A stretch of 63,219 bases of DNA, filler included, from Octopus bimaculoides (taxonomy: Eukaryota): NCBI RefSeq assembly GCF_001194135.2. It is 4 parts of 4 records of this genome, joined end to end, with 100 filler letters (N's around TTAATTAATTAA, not from the genome) between each part and the next. Parts side by side here need not be neighbours in the genome. Positions count along the whole stretch, not along the records: positions 1 to 18,967 come from NC_069004.1; positions 19,068 to 37,816 come from NC_068981.1; 2 more parts are not named here. One strand, 5' to 3'. Below the pieces are notes generated by a model. The model saw only the letters and a list, made by a program, of their open reading frames with translations, was not told where the DNA came from and did not search any database. Both the position numbers and the translations under genes were made by a program. Below, one piece after another: positions 12,361 through 24,790 of this stretch (within the stretch, counting starts at the first letter, position 1; every line of letters starts with the position of its first letter).

Positions 12361-13534
12361 TTGTTCTGATCAATAGCTCATTTCCTGTACTTGTGACACT
12401 GTATGAACTATGAACCGAGAGGAGGTGGCAGCTTCAGTGAAGGAGTTCTTCGGATGGTGCAACACAATAGCCTCTACTTTGAATGCTAGGCCACTTTTAT
12501 TGTAACTTGAAGAATGAAGCAAATAAGTTCCCAAAAGACTTTTGACTTCATACTATATATATATATATNNNNNNNNNNNNNNNNNNNNNNNNNNNNNNNN
12601 NNNNNNNNNNNNNNNNNNNNNNNNNNNNNNNNNNNNNNNNNNNNNNNNNNNNNNNNNNNNNNNNNNNNNNNNNNNNNNNNNNNNNNNNNNNNNNNNNNNN
12701 NNNNNNNNNNNNNNNNNNNNNNNNNNNNNNNNNNNNNNNNNNNNNNNNNNNNNNNNNNNNNNNNNNNNNNNNNNNNNNNNNNNNNNNNNNNNNNNNNNNN
12801 NNNNNNNNNNNNNNNNNNNNNNNNNNNNNNNNNNNNNNNNNNNNNNNNNNNNNNNNNNNNNNNNNNNNNNNNNNNNNNNNNNNNNNNNNNNNNNNNNNNN
12901 NNNNNNNNNNNNNNNNNNNNNNNNNNNNNNNNNNNNNNNNNNNNNNNNNNNNNNNNNNNNNNNNNNNNNNNNNNNNNNNNNNNNNNNNNGGGGGTAGAGG
13001 TAGGGGTATGTGGGTAGGGGTGGGGTATGTGGGTAGTGGTGGGTGGTGGGTGTAAGGAATTGGATGGGGTGGAGTGGGAAGGTAGAGTAGGAGTGTGTTG
13101 GGGTGTGGTGGGATGAGCTTATGAGGGGGTATATATATATACATATATGTAGCAGGAATATTTATCAATTTGAACTCAGATCATCATATCTGAATGCAAA
13201 ATAACTCCAAAAATCTCAAGAATACAATTGCAATTTGCTAGCATATTACCAACGTCATCAAAACATCTGACCGTTCAAGACTTTGAGTGGAACCGGATCT
13301 AACAATAATTTCGTATTTAGCACTCTTTTTCCAAGCAAGACAACCACAATATATTCATCACATTTTAGCCACTCTTGACAGACAATAGACATCAGACAGA
13401 AGATAGTAGTCAGCAGACTGTATGTAGCTGAACCAGCAGCTGGCTAGAGCACTGTCACAATGAACAGATGGCAACTCAACACACAGTGATTGGCTAACAT
13501 CACAGTAACAACTATTAACATACCTAGTACAAGT

Positions 13535-13790
13535 TAACTAAGTTATGGAGATGTAAACAAACCAGCACTGGTTGTCAAGTAGTAGTGAGGTGGAGGACAA
13601 ACACAAATTCAAACATATGTAGATATATATATATATATGACTGGTTTCCTTCAGTTTTCATCTACAACATTCATTCACAAGGCTTTGGTCAGTCAGGGAC
13701 GACAGTAGAAAACACTTGCCTAAGGTGTCATGCAGTGGAACTGAAGCTGAACCATGTGGTTAGGAAGCAAACTTCTTACAACACAGCCAA
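13535..13790 (-). mobile_element. SINE family A, decayed
   Basis: CTAAGTTATGGAGATGTAAAC...CACAAGGCTTTGGTC...CACTTGCCTAAGGTG. Confidence 0.75.
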
Positions 13791-14364
13791 GCTGTAAGAT
13801 TAGACAATCTGAATGTGAAAAGTAATGTAATATTTTCGTTTCTGTTTATATAAGTTATATTACATTCTAATCAACAGTAAAATGTGTCAAATGTTTCAGA
13901 ATGATTCAGTGAAACTGAAGAACAGAAATAATGAAAGGGATAGGGGAAATGGTATTGAGGAATTAACGCTAGATAAAATTTATGTATACATATGCATTGC
14001 TAATTTTAATTACTGTTAAAGAGATTTCTGTGAGTTGTCACAGCATTTTTTATTATAACCATGAAATCATATCCTTTAATTACTCTGTAAGATAAAATTG
14101 TCATCAAATGGCAACTGATGCGGATATTACTGCTGCTGTTGTTATTTAGCTCCAAGCCAGCTATAATTGAAGGGATATAATCAAAATACACTCATGCCAT
14201 GCCCATCCTATCTTGCTTTTTTTAAAATTTTGACTATTTCAGACACATTTTATTTACAACCAGTCACATTAGCCAATGTGGTTTTTTTTTTTGCTTTTTT
14301 TTTTAAATGTTAGGGTGCAACTGGAGATAGGTTTGAGGGCTACTTTTAATTTATTGAGTGCTTA

Positions 14365-14520
14365 TGTGCTTCTTTCAGTTTCTGTCAACCAAATCCACTC
14401 ACAAGGCATTGGTCAGCCTGAGGCTATAGTAGAAGACACTTTCCCAAGGTGCCATGCAGTAGGACTGAATCCAGAACTATGTGGTTGGGAAGCAAGCTTC
14501 TAACCACACAGCCACTCCTA
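14365..14520 (-). mobile_element. SINE family A, 5' part
   Basis: CTTTCAGTTTCTGTCAACCAAATCCACTCACAAGGC...CCACACAGCCACTCCT. Confidence 0.8.
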
Positions 14521-14528
14521 TACTATTA

Positions 14529-16060
14529 CACTGGGCAACACAAAAATTTTTTGTCTGGTGCCTGGAATATTTCAACAAATTCCTAAGTGATTTTGCCTGA
14601 TAAATTCAAAATAACTTCTGGTTTTCTCTATCAGGTCTAGTTTTGTGACTAGACCAAGTAGAGTAAATATTTTATTCATACAAGAGTCAATAAAGAGAGC
14701 GTAACACAAAACAAAACAAAGTACAAATAAAAATTCAAAATTGAAAATGCACATTGGCAAAAATTTACGCTTCATTGTGCACTGTGAATATTGAGCTACA
14801 GGAGTATCTTGTTTCAAATACCAGCAATAGTCTGCCATCATCACAGCATCCCAGCATCCTTGGTGCTGAGTTTTCATATTGATGTCCTGATGGAAGAGTT
14901 CACCTTGTTCATTGCTAACATCTCCAAGATGACTAAAAAGATAATGCATTTTGAAGCTCATATTTGCACCAATATCATGAAAGTTGATATCAAATCGGTA
15001 ACAAGGTCTTTATAGTTTTCACTTTTGTTTTCTCCCAAGGAAATTTTGCACTACTTCTGCAAAGGCTAGCCAAGCTGATGCTCCAATTTTGCTTATCATT
15101 TTCATGAAATTTGTGTCCTTCAAGAGCTTAAGGATCTGTGGTCCATCAAAAATCCCTGTTTTAAGTTTTTCAGTCATCAGTCTAGAAATACACTGCAGAT
15201 ATACTTGAAGCACTCCCCATTTTTATCCAGAGCTTTGAGGAATTGCTTGATCAATCTGAGTTTGATGTGCAAAGGGGGTAAAATGATCTTATTTCACTCA
15301 ACTGAAGTTTCTTCCAATATATTGGCAGCTCTAAATGGAGCCATATTTGTTTGGTTTACTCGGTCTCTACTGTCCCACATGCAAAAAAAGCATGGGTATT
15401 TGGTATAACCAGATTGCTGTCTCATGAGAAAATTCACCATCTTTAAGTCAATGCAGATGACCCATTTATGATCTGGTACAGTATCTTCTCTAAAACCAAC
15501 CTAATTTCTTCATATTTTTCCTTCAGAGTGGTTGAGTTGTTGAGTGGGACAGTGCCATACACATTTCCGTTGTGCAACAATACACATTTTAAACTACGCT
15601 TAGAGCTGTCTATGAAAAGACGCCATTCTTCTGGTTTGTAGTCCTGAACGCCAAGTTTATTAAGAAGCTAACTGACATCTCTGCAGTAAACCAGCTTTTC
15701 CTCTTTTGTGAAGAAAGGAAATCTTCATGCCGACTCTGATAAAAGGTTATACAGACACCGTTCTCTAGAAGGTTCTTCTCTTTCAGTCAGAAAGCCAATA
15801 GTTCTGCAGAATTTTTTGGGATGTTCAAGTCCCGGACTAGATCATTCAGCCCTACCTGGGAGAAAAGCTGAGGTAAAGTCTCAACCGAAAAGTCTCAATC
15901 TCTTATGTCATCTTCAGGTGATGAATCTCCTTTGGTTGAGGGTAAAGTTATCTGAGGCAAGACAGGAACAGAAAGCTTTTCACTATGTGGAACCAGTCTA
16001 ATAGCAGAGGCAAGATTAGGATTTTTCTGGTTAACACCCTTTAAATTTAGCAGTCGTCCA
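14529..16060 (-). mobile_element. Decayed Chapaev3-like (CMC) DNA transposon
   Basis: VPHSEKLSVP, LNDLVRDL, GIFDGPQI and MSFKMHYLFSHL...SNEQGELFHQD...WDAVMMADYCWYL motifs; terminus CACTGGGCAACA at 14529. Superfamily assigned from recalled motifs. Confidence 0.65.
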
Positions 16061-16229
16061 CGTGATTACAGGGCTCAATAACTTAAAAACTAAATCTGAT
16101 AGGTTAAATAGAAGGTTATATTTGGATTCAGGAGACCAATTTTGTATAGGAACGATGTCTATTTCCTAAACACCAAAAACCTTGTAGACCAGTGTTATCA
16201 TTATTATGTGATGAAAATTCACAGCTTAT

Positions 16230-17350
16230 TTTGCTGGGTATGATGGAAAGTGTCAGCTGTCCACAGCCAGCAGACTAAGGTGACACTTGTTTTACTGGTC
16301 GTGCTTCAAAAATTCTGTGAAGAATTCTTGCAGTTCCAAGCAATGCTGACTTGTGTAGGTGTTCTACCTTCACATTTGCACCAATCTTTTTCAGCCATGT
16401 TGGTAGTTGAGTGTTGATACTTTCAAGTATACCAATTATGACCACAACCTTCGTATGAAGTGGGATATACGAAGGCTGTGGTCACTTCAAATTGTCACAA
16501 TTGTTTATTTTTTATTTTTTCTCTTTGATCCTGTTGTCACTGAGACTTGATGTGTTGATTATCATGCATGTTCTTCCTTTTTTATTCACCACAACAATGT
16601 CCGGTTTCTGATGTTTGGTCAGGTAAATGTACTGAATCATTATATCCGACAGGATTTTGCAATTTTCATTCTTGGTGACTCCTCAGGTTTGCTCATTCTA
16701 TGTCTTTGCTCTGTGTAGGCTGTTTTTTCCACAGACCTCCCAATGGATCATTCTTGCCACATTGTCATGCCATCTTTTGCATTCGCGTTGTGTCAATTTC
16801 AGGTATTCACTAATGATATGCCATACCATTTCATTGCTCTCATCATACATTCTGCATTTATCGCTGTTGGTAGTGTTGTCTATTCTGCACTTCACATAGT
16901 TGGTCCTTAATGCTTGTTCTTGAGCTGTGCATATAAGTGCTTCAGTCTTTATCTTCAGGTCACTCCTCCTCATCCATAGTTACCAATCTTCTGTATCTGT
17001 CTTGGTGTTCGTATCTCTTGCAAACGGTCCATAGGTTTTTTTTTTCCTTCTATGCTGTTTTTTTCTTTCATTACACAATTGTCAGTTTTGATGACACTGG
17101 CATTCTTTGCATGTTTCAACAATGGCTCCGTGGCATTTTTTACATACCACCCCAAGCTGTTTTCCTTTGTTTCAATGCAATCCTGACGACTGATGAAACC
17201 TCTCCCATCTTTTCTTCTGGACAAGTACAGCCTATTGGTGTGACTCTTAGGGTGGAAGGCTCTATGTACTTTCGACATTTTTCTTGTTTTTGTATCTATT
17301 TTCATCAGTTCTTTTTTTGTCATTTTATAATCCCAACTCCATAATGAAGT
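16230..17350 (-). mobile_element. R4/Dong-type LINE, family 2 (RT C-terminus, CCHC knuckle, RLE)
   Basis: ORFs FHPKS..RLYL.R..GRG; EALIC.AQEQAL.TN...KCRM..E..WHIISE..L......HD.VAR.IHWE.C; KPDIVVV; LHKSALLGTARIL. Confidence 0.85.
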
Positions 17351-17357
17351 GATGCCA

Positions 17358-17395
<38 letters not shown>

Positions 17396-17792
17396 NNNNN
17401 NNNNNNNNNNNNNNNNNNNNNNNNNNNNNNNNNNNNNNNNNNNNNNNNNNNNNNNNNNNNNNNNNNNNNNNNNNNNNNNNNNNNNNNNNNNNNNNNNNNN
17501 NNNNNNNNNNNNNNNNNNNNNNNNNNNNNNNNNNNNNNNNNNNNNNNNNNNNNNNNNNNNNNNNNNNNNNNNNNNNNNNNNNNNNNNNNNNNNNNNNNNN
17601 NNNNNNNNNNNNNNNNNNNNNNNNNNNNNNNNNNNNNNNNNNNNNNNNNNNNNNNNNNNNNNNNNNNNNNNNNNNNNNNNNNNNNNNNNNNNNNNNNNNN
17701 NNNNNNNNNNNNNNNNNNNNNNNNNNNNNNNNNNNNNNNNNNNNNNNNNNNNNNNNNNNNNNNNNNNNNNNNNNNNNNNNNNNNNNNNNNNN

Positions 17793-17836
<44 letters not shown>

Positions 17837-17859
17837 ATGTGTGTGTGTGTGTGTGTGTG

Positions 17860-18145
17860 AAGGCACATGGCTTAGTGGTTAAGGTGTTGCACTCATGATT
17901 ATGAGATCATGGGTTCAATTCCCAGACCAGGTATTGTGTTGTGTTCTTGAGCTAAGCACTTCATTTCACATTGCTCTGCAATCATTTCAACATCTGACAT
18001 GTAGCACCTGTTGCATCTGTACAGGTAATGCCGATCTGATGGAGGGAGTGAGCTTATATCTACACAAACATTTGATTACTATAAATAAATCATCTGTGGG
18101 ATTGTTTGGCAAGAAATTGTCAAATCCTCACACGTTGTCTAATGA
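17860..18145 (+). mobile_element. tRNA-derived SINE family C
   Basis: GGCACATGGCTTAGTGGTTAAGG...GGGTTCAATTCCCAGACC head; homologous to 59590-60185. Confidence 0.8.
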
Positions 18146-18159
18146 CAGGAAAGTCCATC

Positions 18160-18515
18160 ATATATTCTTTTATTTGTTGCAGTCACTTGACTGTGGCCAT
18201 GTTGGAGCATCACCTTTTTAGTCGAACAAGTCAACCCCAGGACTTATTCTTTGTAAGACTTGTTCTATTGGTCTCTTTTGCCGAACCTCTAAGTTATGGG
18301 ATGTAAACACACCAATATTGATTGTCAAGTGATGATGGGGACAAACACACACACATACGACGGGCTTTTTTCAGTTTCCATTTACCAAATCCACTCACAA
18401 GGCTTTGGTTGTCCCACGGCTATAGTAGAAGATACTTGCCCAAGGTGTCATACAGTGGGACTGAACCCGGAACCATGTGGTTGGTAAGCAAGCTACTTAC
18501 CACACAGCCACTTCT
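18160..18515 (-). mobile_element. SINE family A, full length
   Basis: Same head, central and tail blocks as 651-1050, reversed. Confidence 0.85.
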
Positions 18516-18810
18516 ACACACACACACACACACACATATATGTATAGATTAAGAGATACATACACACATATATGTATGTAAGTATGTATACGCACAGTAG
18601 ATAGTGTGGTCCTAGGTTCACTGCACATTGGAAAAACACTTGATGATCATGAGTGAAATAGCTTTGATCAATTAAAGTCGACCTAGTGTTAAATAACAGT
18701 AATATAATCCATCCATTGCGTATTAAGATATTGCTCATCAGTCTTCATCACCATCAACTTTTAGTCATATAATGTTGTTGTTTAGATCTAGAGAGCTTAT
18801 AATGCAAGAC

Positions 18811-18967
18811 ATTCCATCTGTGACCATCCCATCTGTGACCATCCCATCTGTGACCATCCCATTTGTTACCATCCCATTTGTTACCATCCCATCTGTGACC
18901 ATCCCATCTGTGACCATCCCATCTGTGACCATCCCATCTGTGACCATCCCATCTGTGACCATCCCAT
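18811..18967 (+). repeat. 15-bp minisatellite (CCATCTGTGACCATC)n
   Basis: ~10 units, two with the TTTGTT variant; runs into the spacer at 18968. Confidence 0.95.
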
Positions 18968-19067
18968 NNNNNNNNNNNNNNNNNNNNNNNNNNNNNNNNN
19001 NNNNNNNNNNNTTAATTAATTAANNNNNNNNNNNNNNNNNNNNNNNNNNNNNNNNNNNNNNNNNNNN
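18968..19067. other. Artificial 100-bp scaffolding spacer (44N-TTAATTAATTAA-44N)
   Basis: Identical structure at 37817-37916 and 61930-62029; the 12-mer has stops in all six frames. Confidence 0.9.
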
Positions 19068-19250
19068 TCCAATTATTTTAAAGCCATTTTTTCCCCTCAA
19101 GTAACTTCTGCGTCTTCCTGATAGATTTCAAAATGACAGCTCCTCTTTTTTTTTCTTATATTATTTTCTCATAATAATTCTGTTAGATGAGTAACTCTGT
19201 TCTATTAAGTTTGAGACGTCTATCATTTGCTACTAACCAATCAAGAAGTG

Positions 19251-19296
<46 letters not shown>

Positions 19297-19300
<4 letters not shown>

Positions 19301-19912
19301 GCTTCTCAAAACCAGGAAGGAGAAAGCTAATCTGAAGACTACGGATCCAGTCCATCCCTGGAACTGTAAAAATCTGTATAAAACTTTCCAGAAGTTAAAT
19401 TGATAGTATGTTGTCAACTCAATGTGACAGTCCCATGAAAGGGAAGAATGCTACTGTTATTTAGCCCTAGGAAACACCGTTTCCTGTTGGACTTGACACA
19501 TTTCCTGTGTCCTTATGTTTTCAAAGTGGAGGCAAACACCATGAAAACATAAAGACACAGGAAATGCGTCAAGTCTAACAGGAAAGTGTTTCCTAGGGCT
19601 AAATAACAATAGCATTCTTCTCTTTTATGTGACTATCCCATTAATTTGACAACATACTATCACCTTATTGTGTTGCTACTTCATAAATCTCTCTGAGAGA
19701 TTTAGAAATATATTATTTCTATTTCCAGAAGTCTAGATATGTAACTATATACATGAGAATACATACATAAAACATACAAATCTGAACATACATACACACA
19801 TACATACATACATATATACATGCACACACAATGAAGAAGCCTTGGATTTAGGTTAGAAACTGGCTCTTTCTCTATTAGGAAGAAATCTTGAAATTAAACT
19901 GAATAATGACAT
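19297..19912 (+). mobile_element. R4/Dong family 1 3' end interrupted by a palindromic element
   Basis: GGCTTCTCAAAACCAG...AACTTTCCAGAAG; resumes at ~19730; ends CTGAATAATGA-CATACATAC. Confidence 0.7.
19401..19662. mobile_element. Foldback/palindromic element, ~120-bp arms around an ~18-bp loop
   Basis: TGATAGTATGTTGTCAA...ATTTAGCCCTAGGAAACAC...CCTTATGTTTTCA vs its reverse complement TGAAAACATAAAG...GTTTCCTAGGGCTAAAT...TTGACAACATACTATCA. Confidence 0.85.
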
Positions 19913-19944
19913 ACATACATAAATTAACAGGTTTCTCTGCTCAG

Positions 19945-20312
19945 ATTACAAGTTCTAGTTTATACCTGTAATTGTTGGGGCACTTTGATATGTAACAAAC
20001 TGTCTAAGTACCAGTCTTGAGAAATTAGGCTTCTCAAAACCAGGAATGAGGGAAAACTAATTAGAAGATTGCAGAGTCAAGCCATCACTGGAACTGTAAA
20101 AATCTGTAAAACTTTCCAGAAGTTTATCATTTAAATATATATACGAACACGTCTAGATATGTAACTATATGCATGAGAATACATACATAGAACAGTGCAT
20201 GTGCACATCTGCACATGCACTCACTGCAAATATTGCACACATACATACAAACATGCACAAACACCCTGTTGATGTTGTTGAAATTCCAATGAGGGAGCCT
20301 TGGGTCTATGAG
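19945..20312 (+). mobile_element. R4/Dong family 1, RLE C-terminus and partial 3'UTR
   Basis: TTTATACCTGTAATTGTTGGG (FIPVIVG)...ACTTTCCAGAAGTTTATCATTTAA (TFQKFII*). Confidence 0.8.
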
Positions 20313-20439
20313 GATAAACACAGGTTTATATAATAGTTCCTACACACACTTCCACATTGTGGTTGTTTGGAGTCCTACAATAGGTGTTCCAAATGCTGGG
20401 ACCACAAAAGATCATCAAGGGACACAGCAGACACAATGA

Positions 20440-20800
20440 GAGAGAAAGGATCAAAGTGATAGAAGAGGAGGGAGGAGAGGAGAGAGGGAGGAGAAGGGGA
20501 GGAGAAAGAAGAGAGAGGGGAAGGGAGAAAAAAGATGAGTTGGAGAAGGACGAAGAGGAAGAAAAAGAGGAAGAAAAGAAAAGGAGGAGGAGGAAGAGGG
20601 AGAGGAAGGAGAAAAAGAAGGGGAGGAAGAGAAAGGACAGGAAGAAGAGGTGGAGCATGAGGAGGTGGAAGAGGAGAAGAAAGAAGCAAAAAGAGGAAGA
20701 GGGGAGAAGAAAAAAGAGGAGGAAGGAGACGAAGCGGAAAAGGAGGAGGAAGAAGAAGAGGAGGAGGAGGAAATGACAGAATAGTGATGGGAGGGACTAT
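20440..20800 (+). repeat. Purine-rich (GAG/GAA) low-complexity tract; a similar tract lies at 21255-21420
   Basis: Almost exclusively G/A. Confidence 0.9.
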
Positions 20801-21177
20801 ACAAAGGAGAAATTTGTTTAATTCAATTGAATTTTGAGATAATAAATATTTTGCTTTTGAAAATTAGTATTCATTTCATCATTTTGTTATAAGCACCGAG
20901 AATTTTGATAAAAATTGAATTACAATAATTGTACGCATGACATGTTTCCTGATATTAGCCATGGTGCCCCAAGAATACTTTCAGAGTCACATGTTATATC
21001 TCAAGTAACATTCATTTTCATTTGATAATAGCTGATGATATAAATATTGGTTGGTTGGTTGGTTGATTGATTTCTTCAATTACGTTTGCATCATATAGAG
21101 AGATGAAGAGAAGGAGTAAAAGAGAGATAGACTAGACAGGGACACTACACCCACATACACACAAGCACACACCCACA

Positions 21178-21217
<40 letters not shown>

Positions 21218-21494
21218 CTTATAGTGAAAATGAAAGAATCATAGGTGGCAGGAGTGGACTAGAGGGAGGTGAAGAAGGAAAAAGAAGTGAGAAAAGGAGG
21301 AGGAGGAGGAGGAAGAGGAGTGAAGTAGGTGGTTGTGGAGGAAGAGAGGTAAGAGGAGGGGAGGAAGAGGAGGAGAAAGAAGGAGAAGAAAAGGAGGAGG
21401 AGGAGGAGAGTAAATATCTGAGTAATTGTGGAGGGAGAGTTATTCAAATGAGAAATTCATTTTATTGTTCAGGCAAGAAATATTTTTGTTTTGG

Positions 21495-21720
21495 GAACTG
21501 AGCAGAATCCTTGGTGGAATCACTGCATTGGACGAAATTCTTAGTCACACTTCTTTCGGCTCTTTACTTCCAGGGTTCAATCTCTGCTGAGGTCAACTTT
21601 GCTTTTTTATTTTTTTAGGAGTCAAGAAAACGAAGTAGAAGTCCAAGTATCGATGTAATTGATTGACCCCCACTCTCCCTTAAAATTGCTGGCCTTGTGC
21701 CAAAATTCGAAACAGTTATT
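21495..21720 (+). mobile_element. SINE family B, decayed
   Basis: GAGCAGAATC...GAGGTCAACTTTGC...TTGCTGGCCTTGTGCCAAAATT. Confidence 0.65.
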
Positions 21721-22619
21721 TTCTATAAGCTCCAAGAAATTTGATAGAAATTGTAATTATTGTATGAATATCATATTTCCTGTTATTAACCATCCTGACA
21801 AATAAGTAGACTTCCAAAGTTGCCCATCATCTGCCAAGTAGCATACTAGTTTTAATCCATAAACTGTATGCATAGAGGTAATGTTAGTGTTAGATATTTA
21901 ATGACTTGAGACACTAAATACTGGATTAAAAGTACTTTTCTAATTAAGAACAGATAATATTAGCCCAATGACTAATTAATTTAGTTACTTCAGTAAGGGA
22001 GATAATTTTAGACAGGTTTCTACTTTAGTAACTTCCACAGTAGAGTATAAACATCACCACTCTAGCTGAAGTAGTGATGAGAAAATCACTTAGTAGGTGT
22101 AAAATCACACCTTTATAGTCATCTTGTGAACTTTTCATCCCGTCCTTCTACAATGTTGTATGAAAATAGGCAGAAGAAACAATAGAATACAATAAAAAAT
22201 ATTCAGCTTAATTACAGAGACACCATCTGGATGAAAAACAACAGTAAAATTTGTATTTAATGTAGCTAGCATTAAACAAGCAATTAGAATTAAGTATATG
22301 AAGCTCAGGAGTCGTGATGTATCCAGTGTTACATGGTTATTGAAGTAGCAAGAAAAAAACATGATTGGAGGCAAAAATATGTTTCCAACATAACGTAATT
22401 GGATAAAACTTAATTGGATATCCTGATTTCAAAGTGGTTACATGTTAAGGATCTTCTGTTGTGTTTGGTTTATATTTTCCTGCTATTCTTTTCATAGGCT
22501 GTTTACTATTTTACAAACTACTCAGCAATAACTGTCTTGATCGAACAAACAACAAATGCAGCAACAATAAAACGTAGCAGTAAATATCAGTGTTTTCAAA
22601 GAAATTATTGCAAACATTC

Positions 22620-22830
22620 GACTGACTCCCATGCCAGTGGCATGTAAAAAGCACCATTCAAGTGTGGTCATTGCCAGTGCCGCCTGACTGGCTCATGTGC
22701 TGGTGGCACATAAAAAGCACCATTCAAATGTGATCATTGCCAGTGTTGCCTGACTGGCTCCCATGCTGGTGGGATATAAAAAGCACCATTCAAGCATGAT
22801 CGTTGCCAGTGCCACCTGACTGGTTTCTGT
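22620..22830 (+). repeat. Tandem ~62-bp subrepeats of the RTE 3'UTR
   Basis: 3-4 units of GCCAGTG..GCCTGACTGGCTC..TG.TGGTGG.A..TAAAAAGCACCATTCAA. Confidence 0.8.
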
Positions 22831-23359
22831 GGTGAGATGCTCCTCCTAATGTCAACCGCATTACTGTGTACACTGGGTGCATTCTTTTGGCACCAGCACT
22901 AGTGAGGCTACCAAGTAAGATGCAAGACAGAAAAGGAAGAGGGAAGAGGAGCCAATTGGTGCCAGCATAAAACTATGTCACTCACTGTGTCAAGAAATCA
23001 TCTGGTGTACCTATTGCATGAATAGCAACAGAAACAACCGTAGCAACAGCAATTCAACACAAGCCATTTGGAGATCAATTAACGCTTAGCAACATGTTTA
23101 CACACCTATGCCTTTATGGTAGCTCAGAATCTTTGGGACAGCAGTATTTGCAGGGACACAGACAATGGGCCAGCTATGAATTGCTGGTGGCTCTGATAAA
23201 AGATGGGCTTTCACGAATAATTTGTATTCCACTTGTACAGGTAATCCAGATACTGGCATCAAAGACAGGGAGCAGCTCAACGACACAGTATCATAGAAAG
23301 CACATGTTTTATATTTATAACAAAAATGCCAAATGTGCTGAGCAAAATGTGGCCCTCCA

Positions 23360-23498
23360 CACTAGCCTAGCTGGAGGGGAGGGTGCAGTAGGGGCAGCAC
23401 TCGTGGGTCTGCTGCAGGCAATATGTGTTTTTTGTGGGGCCTGGGGGAAGAAAATAGAAGGGCCACCCCGGGCAGCACACACTCTGGCTATGCTAGTG
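23360..23498. mobile_element. Small MITE with CACTAG...CTAGTG termini
   Basis: CACTAGCCTAGCTGGAG vs CTCTGGCTATGCTAGTG; no clean TSD found. Confidence 0.45.
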
Positions 23499-23709
23499 GT
23501 CCATGCCTATCTATGGGGAGTGGGAAAGGCTACTTCCGGTGTAAGCTGAATATATAATAAACCATCCCGCCATAGATAGGCACGTACCACTAATTATTAT
23601 AATGGCAGTGAGCTGGCAGAATCGTTAGCATGGATGTTAAATGATGATGATGATGATGACAGATACACACACACATATATACATATATATATATATATAT
23701 CTTGTCTGC

Positions 23710-23920
23710 CACAGTAGACTTGATGGTGGTGCTGGTGTCACATAAAAAGCACCCAGTCCACTCTGTGTAGTAGTGGTTGTCATTAGGAAGGACATCCAGC
23801 TCTAGAAACAATGCCAGAACAGATAAATGGAGCTTGGTGTGGTTCCTGGCTTTACCAACTCCGGTAAAACCATCCAGCTCATACCAGTATGGAAAACGGA
23901 TGTTAAATGACGATGATGAT
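23710..23920 (+). mobile_element. RTE 3'UTR-derived repeat
   Basis: CATAAAAAGCACCCAGTCC...ACGGATGTTAAATGACGATG. Confidence 0.8.
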
Positions 23921-24292
23921 GCCGTGTTAGCAAATAGAAGGTTGGTCGTGTTAACAATAGCGAGCTCACAGTTCAGTCTTTACCAAGACTCACCACACAA
24001 ACCAGACAATCAGTTATTCAGAGACACATCTACAGCATGCAAAGTCTTTATATAATCAACAGTTTTCATCAATAGAGCTAAACTTTCTTTATATGAAGAT
24101 ATCATTTTTACAACCTAGTTTTGCTTTCAATTAAAACAGCAGGAATAGCTGGAAACCAAATACATGTTCTGTCATGCACACGTCATGCAGACTCATTTTC
24201 TTTATCATATACAAATGGAGACACACACACATATATATTTATACATACGTACATACACACAAAAGTATATAACTGTTTTTAAATAAATATAT

Positions 24293-24790
24293 ACACAGAC
24301 ATGCAGGAAGTAAATAGACACCTTTAATTTTCAAAATTTCTGATCTAAGCATCTTAATATGTTTTCAGCGGTGTAGAATTTACAATGTAATTATTCTTTT
24401 ACATTCCAGGTGCCATTATATTAAACATTTGTAAAGAGTAACCATGCCACGCACAAAAAATTCAGCAGAACTGTCAGATTTTCAAAGAGGTTGTTGTATT
24501 GTTGGGCAATCTGAGGCTGGTCTTAACTAGCAAAAAATTGCCGAAAATCTTCAAATTCCTCTTGCTACTGGTAATAGAATTGTAGTGCAATTCAAAAACC
24601 AAGGAAAAGAATCAACTGATTCTTGTCCTGGCCGACCTGAGCCCTCGGAAAGGAAGCTTCACTGTTTGAAGAGAATTGTGGAAAACGAACCCTGTTTGAA
24701 GGCTTCTGACATTGCAAAACAGCTAGAAGTTAGTCCAAGAACGTGTGTTACATATCTGCATAAACTTGGATATTATGGATGAGCAGCTTT
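24293..24790 (+). mobile_element. Tc1-like transposon 5' fragment (HTH domains)
   Basis: MPRTKNSAELSDFQRG...GRP...[29 protein letters not shown]...LHKLGYYG. Confidence 0.75.

Noticed and set aside
19530-19590. Hammerhead call from GAAATGCGTC in the palindrome arm
   Set aside because: No CUGANGA core or pairable stem II lies upstream, so it is noted only as a hint.
20326-20804. K/R/E-rich and S/F-rich ORFs
   Set aside because: These are translations of a GAG/GAA low-complexity tract that is open in several frames, with no splice or domain evidence.
22620-22830. Regular ~62-bp repeats resembling a CRISPR array
   Set aside because: There are no unique spacers and no cas genes, the context is eukaryotic, and the units match the RTE 3'UTR subrepeat.
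22960-23350. ORF 23094-23549 and neighbouring frames
   Set aside because: There is no recognisable domain, no splice signals, and the ORF runs into a MITE.
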